DNA of 64,000 bases from an uncultured Candidatus Saccharibacteria bacterium (GTDB taxonomy: Bacteria; Patescibacteriota; Saccharimonadia; Saccharimonadales; Saccharimonadaceae), in contig CAZPCQ010000001.1 of the NCBI GenBank assembly GCA_964585155.1, positions 8,070-72,069 on the forward strand, in the 5' to 3' direction. Shown here one piece after another: positions 55,043-64,000 of this stretch. Each line of letters begins with the position of its first letter. Positions within the stretch are counted from its first letter, which is position 1. The notes under the pieces are model-generated. The model did not search any database, had not been told where the DNA came from, and saw only the letters and a list, made by a program, of their open reading frames with translations. The position numbers were made by a program, and so were the translations under genes.

Positions 55043-56572
55043 CTACTCCACCTCGCTCGAGCTCTCTTCCTCACTATCGACGTCGACAACCTTATTCAAA
55101 TCTTCGTCAATATCTTCCTCGGGCTTCTTATAATCATCTTTAACTACTTTCGGCTCGTCTTTCACTACCGAGTCAGCCTCGTCTTCAGTCTCTACCGTGG
55201 CGTTATCTTTGCTTACTTCGGCTTCTTCTTTTTGCTCGGCTTCGTCGGCCTCTTCGTTGAGCTCTAGCATATCTACCACTGCATCTTCCGCTACATCCGC
55301 CTCTTTCTCTAATTCTGCACTCTCCTCAGCGTCACCTTTTTCCGCCTCGCCATCCTTAGCCTTTTTCGTTTTCTTGCCAGATTTCTTTGCGTCTTCAGGC
55401 TTCTCTGTACCGTCACTATCAGTCGCCTTCTCTGCACTCTCATTCGTATCGGCATTCTCATCTTCGTCCGACTCACTCAGCGCATTCAATAATGCATCTT
55501 CCGCATTCTTACGTTTCTTCTTTTCCGGCGCCTTTGCCAGCTCGATGTCTAGATCGTATCCGGTCAATTTCGACGCCAAGCGCACATTTTGCCCCTGTTT
55601 ACCAATCGCGATCGACTGCTGGTCTTCATTTACATAGACTTTCGCCTTCTTCCCATCGATTTCCACCTTCACCACCTCTGCCGGGCTCAGCGCCTCCCGG
55701 ATATACTCCGACGGATTATCGCTCCAGGTAATAATATCAATTTTCTCCCGGTCGCCGATCTCGTTCATAATCGCCTGTACGCGCATCCCGCGTCCCCCGA
55801 CGAACGTTCCTACTGGATCCACTCCCGCACTATTCGCCGTCACCGCAATCTTTGTCCGCCGGCCCGCCTCACGCGCGATTCCTTTAATTGACACTGCGCC
55901 ACTATCCAGCTCTGGCACCTCTTGCCGGAACAGATTCTCAATAAACGCCGTATTTCCCCGCGAGAGAATTAGTTGCGCCTTTGAATCGTCGTGCTCCACT
56001 CCCTTGATGTAAACTTTCAAACGCTCACCTACAGTATAATATTCACCATCAATCTGCTCGCTCCGCGGCATAATCCCGCTTGCGCGCCCCATATCGATAT
56101 GCACCACCCGCGGATCCACTCTCGAGACCACTCCCACCGCGATCGTCCCGATTTTATCCTCAAACTCCGCCAACACCGCATCGCGCTCTGCCTCGCGTAG
56201 CCGTTGCACCACCACCTGCTTCGCCGTCATCGCCGCCACCCGGCCAAATTCTTCCACGTCATACGCTTCCTCCACGATGTCACCAATCTCCGCATCGGCC
56301 TTCAGTTTCTTCGCCTCTTCCTGCGGAATCTCTGTCGCCGGGTTATAGGCCAACCCATCTTCGATCACCTCGCGGCTCACATAAGCCTTCGCCGTGCCAT
56401 TATTCGTATCCAAAAGCGCCCGCACATTCATCTCACGCTCACCGTGATCTCGCCGCCACGCTGCCGCGATCGCCATCTGCACCGCATCCAGCACCGCCTC
56501 TTTCGAGAGGCCTTTTTCCTCCGCGATTACATCCACCATCGCCGTCATTTGTTTCAGATCTAGATTTTCCAT
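55043..56572 (-). CDS. nusA: Transcription factor NusA with a long acidic C-terminal tail
   Basis: FGRVAAMTAKQV, AREAGRRTKIAV, DPVGTFVG, AIGKQGQNVRLASKLTG. Confidence 0.96.
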   Translation of the reverse strand: MENLDLKQMTAMVDVIAEEKGLSKEAVLDAVQMAIAAAWRRDHGEREMNVRALLDTNNGTAKAYVSREVIEDGLAYNPATEIPQEEAKKLKADAEIGDIVEEAYDVEEFGRVAAMTAKQVVVQRLREAERDAVLAEFEDKIGTIAVGVVSRVDPRVVHIDMGRASGIMPRSEQIDGEYYTVGERLKVYIKGVEHDDSKAQLILSRGNTAFIENLFRQEVPELDSGAVSIKGIAREAGRRTKIAVTANSAGVDPVGTFVGGRGMRVQAIMNEIGDREKIDIITWSDNPSEYIREALSPAEVVKVEIDGKKAKVYVNEDQQSIAIGKQGQNVRLASKLTGYDLDIELAKAPEKKKRKNAEDALLNALSESDEDENADTNESAEKATDSDGTEKPEDAKKSGKKTKKAKDGEAEKGDAEESAELEKEADVAEDAVVDMLELNEEADEAEQKEEAEVSKDNATVETEDEADSVVKDEPKVVKDDYKKPEEDIDEDLNKVVDVDSEEESSSEVE

Positions 56573-56941
56573 TTCACTCCTTTGTAAGATAATAATAAAC
56601 CCTCCTGATAAAAGTCTTTCCTCCTCGGTCCGGCGCCCGCAGCCTTCCGCGTCCGCAGTACCGCCACTTCTAGTGCTACTGTTTCCGTTAAACCACTCAG
56701 ACCCCTCCCGACGAAAAATCCGCCCTTCTTCAGGTCGGTCAATATCAGTATAATTCCATTATAACGCAAAACCCCGCCCCGTCAACCCCTTTTCCGTAAA
56801 ATTTGGCTTCGCTGCCCAATTTCCATTTCACTCCTGTCGACTTATCATTAGTCTCCGCAAATTCTGTCTAACAGTTGCCTTAGTAAAAATTCCCAGCAAA
56901 AACGGGCCAGACTCAGTCCGGCCCGTTGTGCGCATAGGTGA

Positions 56942-57643
56942 TTACTTGTCAGAAAGGCGTCCGCCGCTCGTCTCCCGGGTTTCTTCCGGAATCACCTCCA
57001 GCGCGGTCGATTTTGCCGGATCGCTCTCTCTTACGAAAGATCTGCCGATAAACCAGCCAAGCTGACAGAATGCGTTCGCTGCGTAGAGCAGAAAAATCGC
57101 TACGATCGCGAACAGGAGCGCGATGCCAGAAATGGCCATCAGGGTGGCGGTGGCATTCTCGAGCCTGCCGCTCAGAGGGCTATACGTCACCAGCCAGTCC
57201 AAACTTGGCAAAGCGACAGATACTCCCAAGAAGGTGTGCCACAGAGTTTTCATAAAACGTTTGTAGCCGTCATCGTCCGGAATAACCTGTGTTGGCAGAA
57301 CCAGCGGCAGCATTATATACAGCGCCGTCAGCATGGCCATCAGGCCAGTTTTCGCCAAAAGGTTTAAGCCGTCGTCGTTCTGCATAAAGCGGGTTCCAAT
57401 CATCCGTAACAACGGCTGTGCCAGCAGTGTCAGGCTAATGATCGCCGCTTTGAACAGCATCAACTGCAACTGTTTGATCGCTCGCACCGGTGTAATGTCG
57501 CCATCAGAGACGGCAAAATCACTGGTCTTAGCGTCCTGGCGCATTTTAGCGTAGGAGTGCTGCATTTTTATGCAGCACTTCCGTCCCAAGCCGCCAAAAG
57601 CCTTTACGATCAGCGTCTTCAGCATATCAACGATCTTCTCCAT
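56942..57643 (-). CDS. Hypothetical membrane protein
   Basis: 4 TM; promoter TTGACA-17-TACAAT (57758-57730); terminator 56898-56927. Confidence 0.6.
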   Translation of the reverse strand: MEKIVDMLKTLIVKAFGGLGRKCCIKMQHSYAKMRQDAKTSDFAVSDGDITPVRAIKQLQLMLFKAAIISLTLLAQPLLRMIGTRFMQNDDGLNLLAKTGLMAMLTALYIMLPLVLPTQVIPDDDGYKRFMKTLWHTFLGVSVALPSLDWLVTYSPLSGRLENATATLMAISGIALLFAIVAIFLLYAANAFCQLGWFIGRSFVRESDPAKSTALEVIPEETRETSGGRLSDK

Positions 57644-57987
57644 AGTTGATACCCCTCTCTTTCGTCTTTTGTATAGTATTAACCTATGCTAGGGTACGAT
57701 GGGGTTAGGTTAATCACCCCATTACTACCATTGTAGCACACATAAGCATTTTTGTCAATACTTTTATGCTTATTTTTCACCAAAACACAACCCTCTCACC
57801 CAATTCTCCTACATCTGTCAAATCCCCGCCCCGCGCTTCCCAGAACTAGAACACAAAAAACACCAACCTTCTGAACGAAGTAGTCGTACCAAAAACACAA
57901 TTACAAAAAACCGACCCCCATTCGGCGCCGGCGCAGCAATTACATGCTCCTAACTTCGCTTCCGTAACATTTCGCCATATCTACCTC

Positions 57988-58461
57988 CTAAAAGAACTTA
58001 ACTATTAACAATATTATAACCCCTACGATAAATAAAAACAAGGCCAAATTTGCCGCCCGTGCGTATTTCCCAGTAATTCTACAGGCCTCGTCATAGGCTG
58101 CATTATAATCATTGACGGCCACTTCCAGAATTTCTTTCTCATATTCTAGATTATTGATTTTTTCGAGTTCAACGGGGCCAATCGGCATTGGCCAGTTATG
58201 TATTGCTCGATAGTGCGCCAAAAGTATTCCAATAGATATCAAGATTGCAATGACTCCTACCGCAAAGAAAATTATCCCATACAACTCTTTAGGCAAACAT
58301 TCACGAATATCTGAAAAGAAATAAGTTAAAATTGCTATCCCGAGAGTCAAGAATAATAACATACGATTTTTGATATCTTTACAGGTTTGGTCGACCCTTG
58401 CGTATTTCCTCCGGCCTTCCTCCAACAGGAAATAATATTTAGCAGATTCGTCATTGCTCAT
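57988..58461 (-). CDS. Hypothetical 3-TM protein, AT-rich
   Basis: Two N-proximal TMs, a helical linker and a C-terminal TM. Confidence 0.65.
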   Translation of the reverse strand: MSNDESAKYYFLLEEGRRKYARVDQTCKDIKNRMLLFLTLGIAILTYFFSDIRECLPKELYGIIFFAVGVIAILISIGILLAHYRAIHNWPMPIGPVELEKINNLEYEKEILEVAVNDYNAAYDEACRITGKYARAANLALFLFIVGVIILLIVKFF

Positions 58462-58520
58462 ATCCCCAGTTTAGCATACCTCAGTGGCTAAGTAAAATCC
58501 TAGTGTCAATAAAAATAGCT

Positions 58521-59297
58521 CTATCTCCCCACTTTCACCGTCTTACTATAAATTTCCTTCATCCGCTCATCCGGAAACTTCTGGTCCAGCACCTTCTCTA
58601 GCCGTGTTTTCGCCGGGTCACCTTCGTCCCGCTCATTCTGCCGCCACACTGCCGCTGCCGACAGGGTAATATCAAACAATAGAAACAATGCAATCGCCAG
58701 GCACAGCCGATTCGCCTGCCTTGCCTCAATCTGCCGATAAATTTTCTCAATAAACGGGCACACCCCCTTCGCCGTCACGAACACCAGTATTCCCCACACC
58801 AGCGCATACGGCACCGTCGTCCGCCCGTCAATATTCAGCCACAGTTGTGAATAATCCCACGACCGCGTCTGGAAAATTATCTCCTGCAGCCAACTGAGCA
58901 AGAACTCCAGTGCTCCGCCAAAAAACGCTCCTCCCACCAAGCATACCCACCCCCGGAACTTCGGTAGGTAAAATATCAAATAAATCAGCACCGCCCCAAT
59001 CCCATACACCGGACTAAACGGCCCATACACCAGCCCTCGCCGCGACTCCCAGTCAAACACCCCCGTCGTCCACAGCGTCGATACCAGATGCAGTACCTCT
59101 TCCCAATACGTCCCAAATACGCATCCTACTGTAAAAATCAGCACTACCATATTAAAAATCCCCCGTTTTGTCAACTTCAGCTGCCCGTCATCCTCCGCAA
59201 ACAGCCATTCTCGCCAATTCCACCCCTGTTTCCGTGGCGTCTTCATCACTTTAGCCTTTACCGATTTCTTTTTCGCGGAATTCGTTGTCTGCTTCAT
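58521..59297 (-). CDS. Putative ABC transporter permease (DUF1113/CmpB-like)
   Basis: GLVYGPFSPVYGIGA, LEF..SWLQE..F..RSWDYS..LNIDGR; start at 59297, 6 nt after TATAAT. Confidence 0.75.
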   Translation of the reverse strand: MKQTTNSAKKKSVKAKVMKTPRKQGWNWREWLFAEDDGQLKLTKRGIFNMVVLIFTVGCVFGTYWEEVLHLVSTLWTTGVFDWESRRGLVYGPFSPVYGIGAVLIYLIFYLPKFRGWVCLVGGAFFGGALEFLLSWLQEIIFQTRSWDYSQLWLNIDGRTTVPYALVWGILVFVTAKGVCPFIEKIYRQIEARQANRLCLAIALFLLFDITLSAAAVWRQNERDEGDPAKTRLEKVLDQKFPDERMKEIYSKTVKVGR

Positions 59298-59495
59298 AAT
59301 CTCATTATACCGAACTTTCCCCAAAAATCCAACCGCATATCTCCAGCCTCGCCACTCTTCATTACAATCTTGCCAAAAGTCAAAACCCCCTTAAACTTCA
59401 TCACGATCCCGCAAAATGTCCAGTCAACCTCTAACGCATCCAACCCATAAAAAGCACCCCGTCCGTAGACAGGGTGCATAGGAGCGTGTGGCGAG

Positions 59496-59927
59496 TTACA
59501 AGGCGGCAACCTGAGCGTCAGCGCTGTCCTCCGGCCGCCTCAGAGCAATCACGTTGCCAAAGGATCTCTCGTCGCCGGCTTCCGCGGCCTCCCTGCTCGC
59601 CTCGAGCTCGGCCTGCCGCCGCTCCCGCTCCTCCGGGCTCGTTTCCAGCCCATCAAAGCAGAACCCAGCGCAGACCCGCCGCTTCTCCAGGAATACCAGC
59701 GCCTCGCGGACTTTGTTGACAGTAAAAGGGAACTCGTGCAGCTGCGTGTTCTCGGTTTCCTCCATCGGCTGGCAGAAAATCTCCACCTTGCCGTCCGCCA
59801 GATTCACCAGTGTCCGCCGCGGCGGTACCCGGAAGAACTCCAGCAGCATCTTGTACGCATCGGGATTCTTGTCAGCGAAAGTCTCCCTGCTCATCACGGT
59901 AGAAGTCTGTTTGTCCATAGGGGTCAC
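59496..59927 (-). CDS. Hypothetical protein
   Basis: ORF with an upstream minus-strand TGTGCTATAAT promoter near 59975. Confidence 0.55.
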   Translation of the reverse strand: MTPMDKQTSTVMSRETFADKNPDAYKMLLEFFRVPPRRTLVNLADGKVEIFCQPMEETENTQLHEFPFTVNKVREALVFLEKRRVCAGFCFDGLETSPEERERRQAELEASREAAEAGDERSFGNVIALRRPEDSADAQVAAL

Positions 59928-60230
59928 TCTTCTTTCCTATAAAATAACGAACAAGCCATAATTGACCCACCTCTATTATAGCACACAATTTTCCCAAAAT
60001 CAACTATCATTGTGGAAAACTTCCCATTTTGTCCATTATTTTAATAAAAATCCTAAATTACCGCAACAGGGAACTACCCCTATTACCACAACTCTCATCA
60101 CCACTCAAAACCTATAGATTAACCATAAAAACTATTGACAAAAACAAAAAAGTGTGCTACAATGGATGTATAAGGTGGCTAAATAATAGCTCGTACCTAA
60201 CACAATTTGTATGAAAAGGAGAATACCGTT

Positions 60231-60908
60231 ATGTCTAATACTCTGAGAGTCCTGATGAGAACCCACTTCGGGCGCAACGACGCTAAGGATTATGCCATCG
60301 ACGATTTCACTGAGTATCATCAGAAAATTGTCGACACAGCAAAGAAGCTGTTTCAGGCGGTCCCGGTGATACCCAACGACAAGGCTAAGTTCGAAGAAAT
60401 CTCCGCCAAGGCGACCCAGTCGTACTATGACACCGCAGAACTCCGCTCGACGCTCACTGGCGCGATTGATGAGTTCGGTAAAATGCTGCGGAGTGTCTGG
60501 GGTGACAGCGAGTTGCCCGTCTTCATCGAAGAGGCTGAGTCTAGCAACCCTTTGAGCACCGGCTGGATTTTTGAGATTTCAGACGAGTCTCTGAGTGAGA
60601 TAGAGTCTTGCCAGCGAGAGCTGAACGACAGCGATCGAGACCTCGATGACGCTCTCTGGTGTCTTCAGAATGGTCTTGGGCTCAGGTGGCTAGTGGAAGT
60701 AGGATTTTTCTGCTTCCCGTTCGGCGATGATGAGGATACTCCGGACAATTCCGAGCTGCGCAATTCTGAGCTGAAGGAATTTCTGGAGATCTGCGACAAG
60801 CAATACGCTCTGATCAAGAAAATATTCAACCTGGCCAGTCAGGCCCGGGATCACGAGCTGGCTGAGATCGTCGCCACCAAAGCCGCACGCGCTGTCGCCA
60901 TGGCCTAG
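60231..60908 (+). CDS. Hypothetical acidic protein
   Basis: Promoter TTGACA(60135)-17-TACAAT; RBS AAGGAG; terminator 60964-60986. Confidence 0.65.
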   Translation: MSNTLRVLMRTHFGRNDAKDYAIDDFTEYHQKIVDTAKKLFQAVPVIPNDKAKFEEISAKATQSYYDTAELRSTLTGAIDEFGKMLRSVWGDSELPVFIEEAESSNPLSTGWIFEISDESLSEIESCQRELNDSDRDLDDALWCLQNGLGLRWLVEVGFFCFPFGDDEDTPDNSELRNSELKEFLEICDKQYALIKKIFNLASQARDHELAEIVATKAARAVAMA

Positions 60909-61361
60909 CTATCACTCATACCAACTTGCCGGATTCGACCCATACGCCTTTTCAGCAAAACTCGCCCCCTACCACCCGTAGGGGGCACTTGCTATCCCGA
61001 ACCAAAGTTCAAAAATTAGTCATATTAATCGCGCAAGAGCAACTACTACTTTAGTAATTACCAATTTTGTCCATTATTTTAATAAAAATTCTAATATCTC
61101 GCAATTAAAACTACCCCTGTAAACATACCTTTATCCCCTAATCAAATCAGTAAAATAGACATAAAAAGTATTGACAAAAATAGCAATGTGTGCTACAATG
61201 GAAGTATGAGATACATTAAGTATCATCAAGCAGTTTAATAGTTCTTGAAATATAGGTAAAAATAAAATCATTTCCTCAGTTTACCACGTAATTTTTCGGA
61301 GTAACGACCTCGATTTCGTGGAAATGATTTTAGATTATCTATATTTCAGGAGGGAAAGAAA

Positions 61362-61880
61362 ATGTTTAAAACTGTTAAAACCGTCCACGATGACATTTTT
61401 TACCAATTCAGTAATGACGCACTCGTCAAGGAGTTGAAGCTCCTGGAAGGCCAGGCCGAGGAGCTTGGTTGGAACTTGCTGCTGGACACCGACATCGGCC
61501 AGTTTGGGCTTTTAAGCCCAGAGGGCGTTATCTGCCAGTATTCCTACCAGAAGCCGGGCAGCTATCAAGCCGACACGGCCTCCGTTGCCCTGACTCGCAA
61601 CCTTGTCACCCTGTTCGTCGAAAAGTTCCAGACCATATCAGATGAACTGGAGCAGCTCCGGCGCAAAAATGAGGATCTGAGCGCCGACCTCCGCGAGGCC
61701 AAGAAGAACAATGAGCGCCTTAGTGGGCAGCTCAACAATGCTGAGTGCAAACTCAGTTATGAGAGGCGTGAGCGGAAGGAGGCTCAGGAACAGCTGCGCG
61801 TCGCCCAAACGGAGCTGGCCAAGCTAAAAGAGGCTTCCGGCGGCATCGCTGCCACCACTGATGCGGGTATGTCCGCCTAA
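61362..61880 (+). CDS. Hypothetical protein with a C-terminal coiled coil
   Basis: Promoter TTGACA(61171)-17-TACAAT; RBS AGGAGG; terminator 61933-61960. Confidence 0.65.
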   Translation: MFKTVKTVHDDIFYQFSNDALVKELKLLEGQAEELGWNLLLDTDIGQFGLLSPEGVICQYSYQKPGSYQADTASVALTRNLVTLFVEKFQTISDELEQLRRKNEDLSADLREAKKNNERLSGQLNNAECKLSYERRERKEAQEQLRVAQTELAKLKEASGGIAATTDAGMSA

Positions 61881-62056
61881 CTCCACTTCTGGCATTAGCC
61901 CCACCTCTATTACTCCTCCAAGAACTACCATTAATCCCCCGGCTTCGGCTGGGGGATTTCTGTTTTTATCATAAAGTCGCTGACCTATTCTTGAGATATT
62001 TTCCATTCAAGGCCCATAAAATCATCAAAAATCCTCAAAATCTTCAAAAAAGTCCA

Positions 62057-62166
62057 TTAGCACTCTTGCATTGTGAGTGCTAATGTGCTACAATAGAGGT
62101 AAGTTGGCAATCGCAATGCCCGACTGCCAACTAAATTAAATAGCACTATTGACATTCGAGTGCTAG
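62057..62166 (+). promoter_or_regulatory. Three CIRCE/CIRCE-like HrcA operators
   Basis: TTAGCACTC-N9-GAGTGCTAA (62057, perfect); TTGGCAATC-N9-GACTGCCAA (62104); ATAGCACTA-N9-GAGTGCTAG (62140). Confidence 0.88.
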
Positions 62167-62217
62167 TGAATTAGAATAATAAAAGATGAAGTTTAATAAT
62201 TTGACGTAGAAAATGAT

Positions 62218-62433
62218 TTTGAAGGCGACGAACCGCCCCTGGAGCGGGGCCTAAGACTTGGCCGAGCGGATTCCGAACTGCCGAGGATAGCGACTAGAAA
62301 GAAAAAGTCAGTACGTATCAATATATAACCAATGTAATACAAATGACTTTTTCTTTCTGGAGCGACGCAGGCAGCACGTGGCGTCAGCCACTGCAGCGGC
62401 CCCGCGGAAGGGGTGGGAGTGCAAGCCTTCAAA
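62218..62433 (+). repeat. Structured repeat family A, full copy in the dnaK leader
   Basis: TTTGAAGGC..GCCTTCAAA termini; homologous to 38661-38870. Confidence 0.9.
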
Positions 62434-62479
62434 GCCAATATGATTCATACGTTAGATTTTATTACAAAGGAGGACAAAT

Positions 62480-64000
62480 ATGTCAAAAATCATCGGTATC
62501 GACCTCGGCACGACCAACTCCGCTTTTGCGTATATGGTCGCCGGTAAGCCCGAAGTTATTACCAATAGCGAAGGCGACCGCACCACGCCGTCCGTCGTCG
62601 CTGTTACTAAGAAAGGCGACCGTCTCGTCGGCAAAGTCGCCCAGCGTCAACGCGTCACCAATCCGCGCAACACTATTTATGGTATCAAACGTTTGATTGG
62701 TCGCAAATTTGACGATAAAGAAGTCCAGCGCGACCTCGACATTATGCCTTACAAGATTGTTAAGAAAGGCAATGGTGTCGCCGTCGAGATGGATGGCAAG
62801 GAATATACTCCGGAGGAAATTTCCGCAATGATTCTCAGCAAAATCAAGGCTGACGCGGAAGCCTTCCTCGGTGAGAAAGTTACCGAAGCCATCATTACTG
62901 TCCCGGCTTACTTCAACGATTCTCAGCGCCAGGCTACCAAAGACGCCGGCAAGATCGCTGGCCTCGAAGTTCGCCGTATTATTAATGAGCCGACTGCTGC
63001 TGCCTTGGCTTATGGCCTCGAGAGCAAGAAGGACGAAAAAATCGCCGTCTTCGACCTCGGTGGTGGTACGTTCGATGTGAGTATCCTTGACATCGGCGAT
63101 GGCGTCTTTGAGGTGAAATCCACCAACGGCGATACTCACCTCGGTGGTGAAGATTTCGATAACGTCATTGTTAACTTCTTGCTTGACGAGTTCAAGAAAG
63201 AATCCGGTATCGACATTCGTGACGATGCTGCCGCTATGCAGCGTGTCAAGGATGAGGCCGAGAAAGCCAAGAAGGAACTTTCCTCGACCACTTCTGTTGA
63301 GATCAACTTACCTTTCTTGACTGCTGACGCCGATGGTCCAAAGCATTTCGAGTATACTTTGACTCGTGCCAAGATGGAAGAATTAGTTAAGCCACTTCTG
63401 AACCGCCTCGCCGATCCAGTCGAGAAGGCCCTGAAAGACGCCAAACTCACCGCCAAAGACATTGACGAGGTCGTAATGGTCGGTGGTATGACCCGTATGC
63501 CTGCTGTCGTCGAAGAAGTCAAGAAGATCTTCGGCAAAGACCCCATGCAGGGTGTCAACCCTGACGAAGTCGTCGCCGTCGGTGCGGCTATCGAAGGTGG
63601 TGTCTTGCAAGGTGATGTGAAAGATGTTCTCTTGCTTGACGTTACTCCGCTTTCCTTGGGTATCGAGACGATGGGTGGCGTTTCCACTAAGTTAATCGAG
63701 CGCAATACTACCATCCCTACCAGCAAATCCGAAGTCTTCTCCACCGCCGCTGACAATCAGCCGCAGGTCGAGATCCACGTTTTGCAGGGTGAGCGCGAAA
63801 TGGCCGCCGACAACAAATCTCTTGGTCGTTTCATCCTCGATGGTATCGCTCCCGCTCCTCGCGGCATCCCTCAGATCGAAGTTACTTTCAACATCGACGC
63901 CAACGGTATCTTGAACGTTACCGCCAAAGACAAGGGTACCGGCAAAGAGCAGAGTATCACCATTCAGAACTCTGGTAATATGAGCAAGGAAGATATCGAG
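62480..64000 (+). CDS. dnaK: Chaperone DnaK (3'-truncated by the window; not in the ORF track)
   Basis: [41 protein letters not shown]..; RBS AGGAGG. Confidence 0.98.
   Translation, partial: MSKIIGIDLGTTNSAFAYMVAGKPEVITNSEGDRTTPSVVAVTKKGDRLVGKVAQRQRVTNPRNTIYGIKRLIGRKFDDKEVQRDLDIMPYKIVKKGNGVAVEMDGKEYTPEEISAMILSKIKADAEAFLGEKVTEAIITVPAYFNDSQRQATKDAGKIAGLEVRRIINEPTAAALAYGLESKKDEKIAVFDLGGGTFDVSILDIGDGVFEVKSTNGDTHLGGEDFDNVIVNFLLDEFKKESGIDIRDDAAAMQRVKDEAEKAKKELSSTTSVEINLPFLTADADGPKHFEYTLTRAKMEELVKPLLNRLADPVEKALKDAKLTAKDIDEVVMVGGMTRMPAVVEEVKKIFGKDPMQGVNPDEVVAVGAAIEGGVLQGDVKDVLLLDVTPLSLGIETMGGVSTKLIERNTTIPTSKSEVFSTAADNQPQVEIHVLQGEREMAADNKSLGRFILDGIAPAPRGIPQIEVTFNIDANGILNVTAKDKGTGKEQSITIQNSGNMSKEDIE

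Noticed and set aside
196-63756. Numerous overlapping alternate-frame or antisense ORFs in the track
   Set aside because: Shadows of recognised genes with skewed codon usage (S/P/T-rich); no motifs.

Overview
This window covers the replication-origin region of a small-genome bacterium, most likely Candidatus Saccharibacteria (CPR/TM7). That assignment is an inference from gene content and compact gene forms, not a database result. From left to right it contains: the end of a VirB4/T4SS-like cluster with a lysozyme-SGNH-NlpC/P60 fusion; recF-dnaN-oriC-dnaA; rpmH-rnpA-yidC-jag; an LCP protein, a DNA-binding-domain-only LexA-like gene and a ricin-repeat surface protein; a ~25 kb surface-glycan locus (GT2s, DUF4422/GT8, GtrA, wzm/wzt, glf, galE, WcaJ-like, GT4, O-antigen-ligase-like); three Fibrobacter-major-paralog (FISUMP) genes; initiator tRNA-Met; nusA; many monocistronic ORFans; and the start of CIRCE-controlled dnaK. 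The most unusual signals are: (1) helically phased DnaA-box arrays inserted in frame inside three glycan-biosynthesis genes, one beside an antisense sigma70 promoter; (2) no GC-skew/codon-strand switch at a textbook oriC, judged from spot counts; (3) one interleaved-helix RNA leader architecture in front of all three FISUMP genes, plus a candidate antisense sRNA complementary to two of them; (4) two families of covarying structured repeats, with possibly related palindromes inserted in frame into proteins; (5) many promoter-N6-ATG (leaderless) genes. All calls were made by eye, without database searches or folding software.
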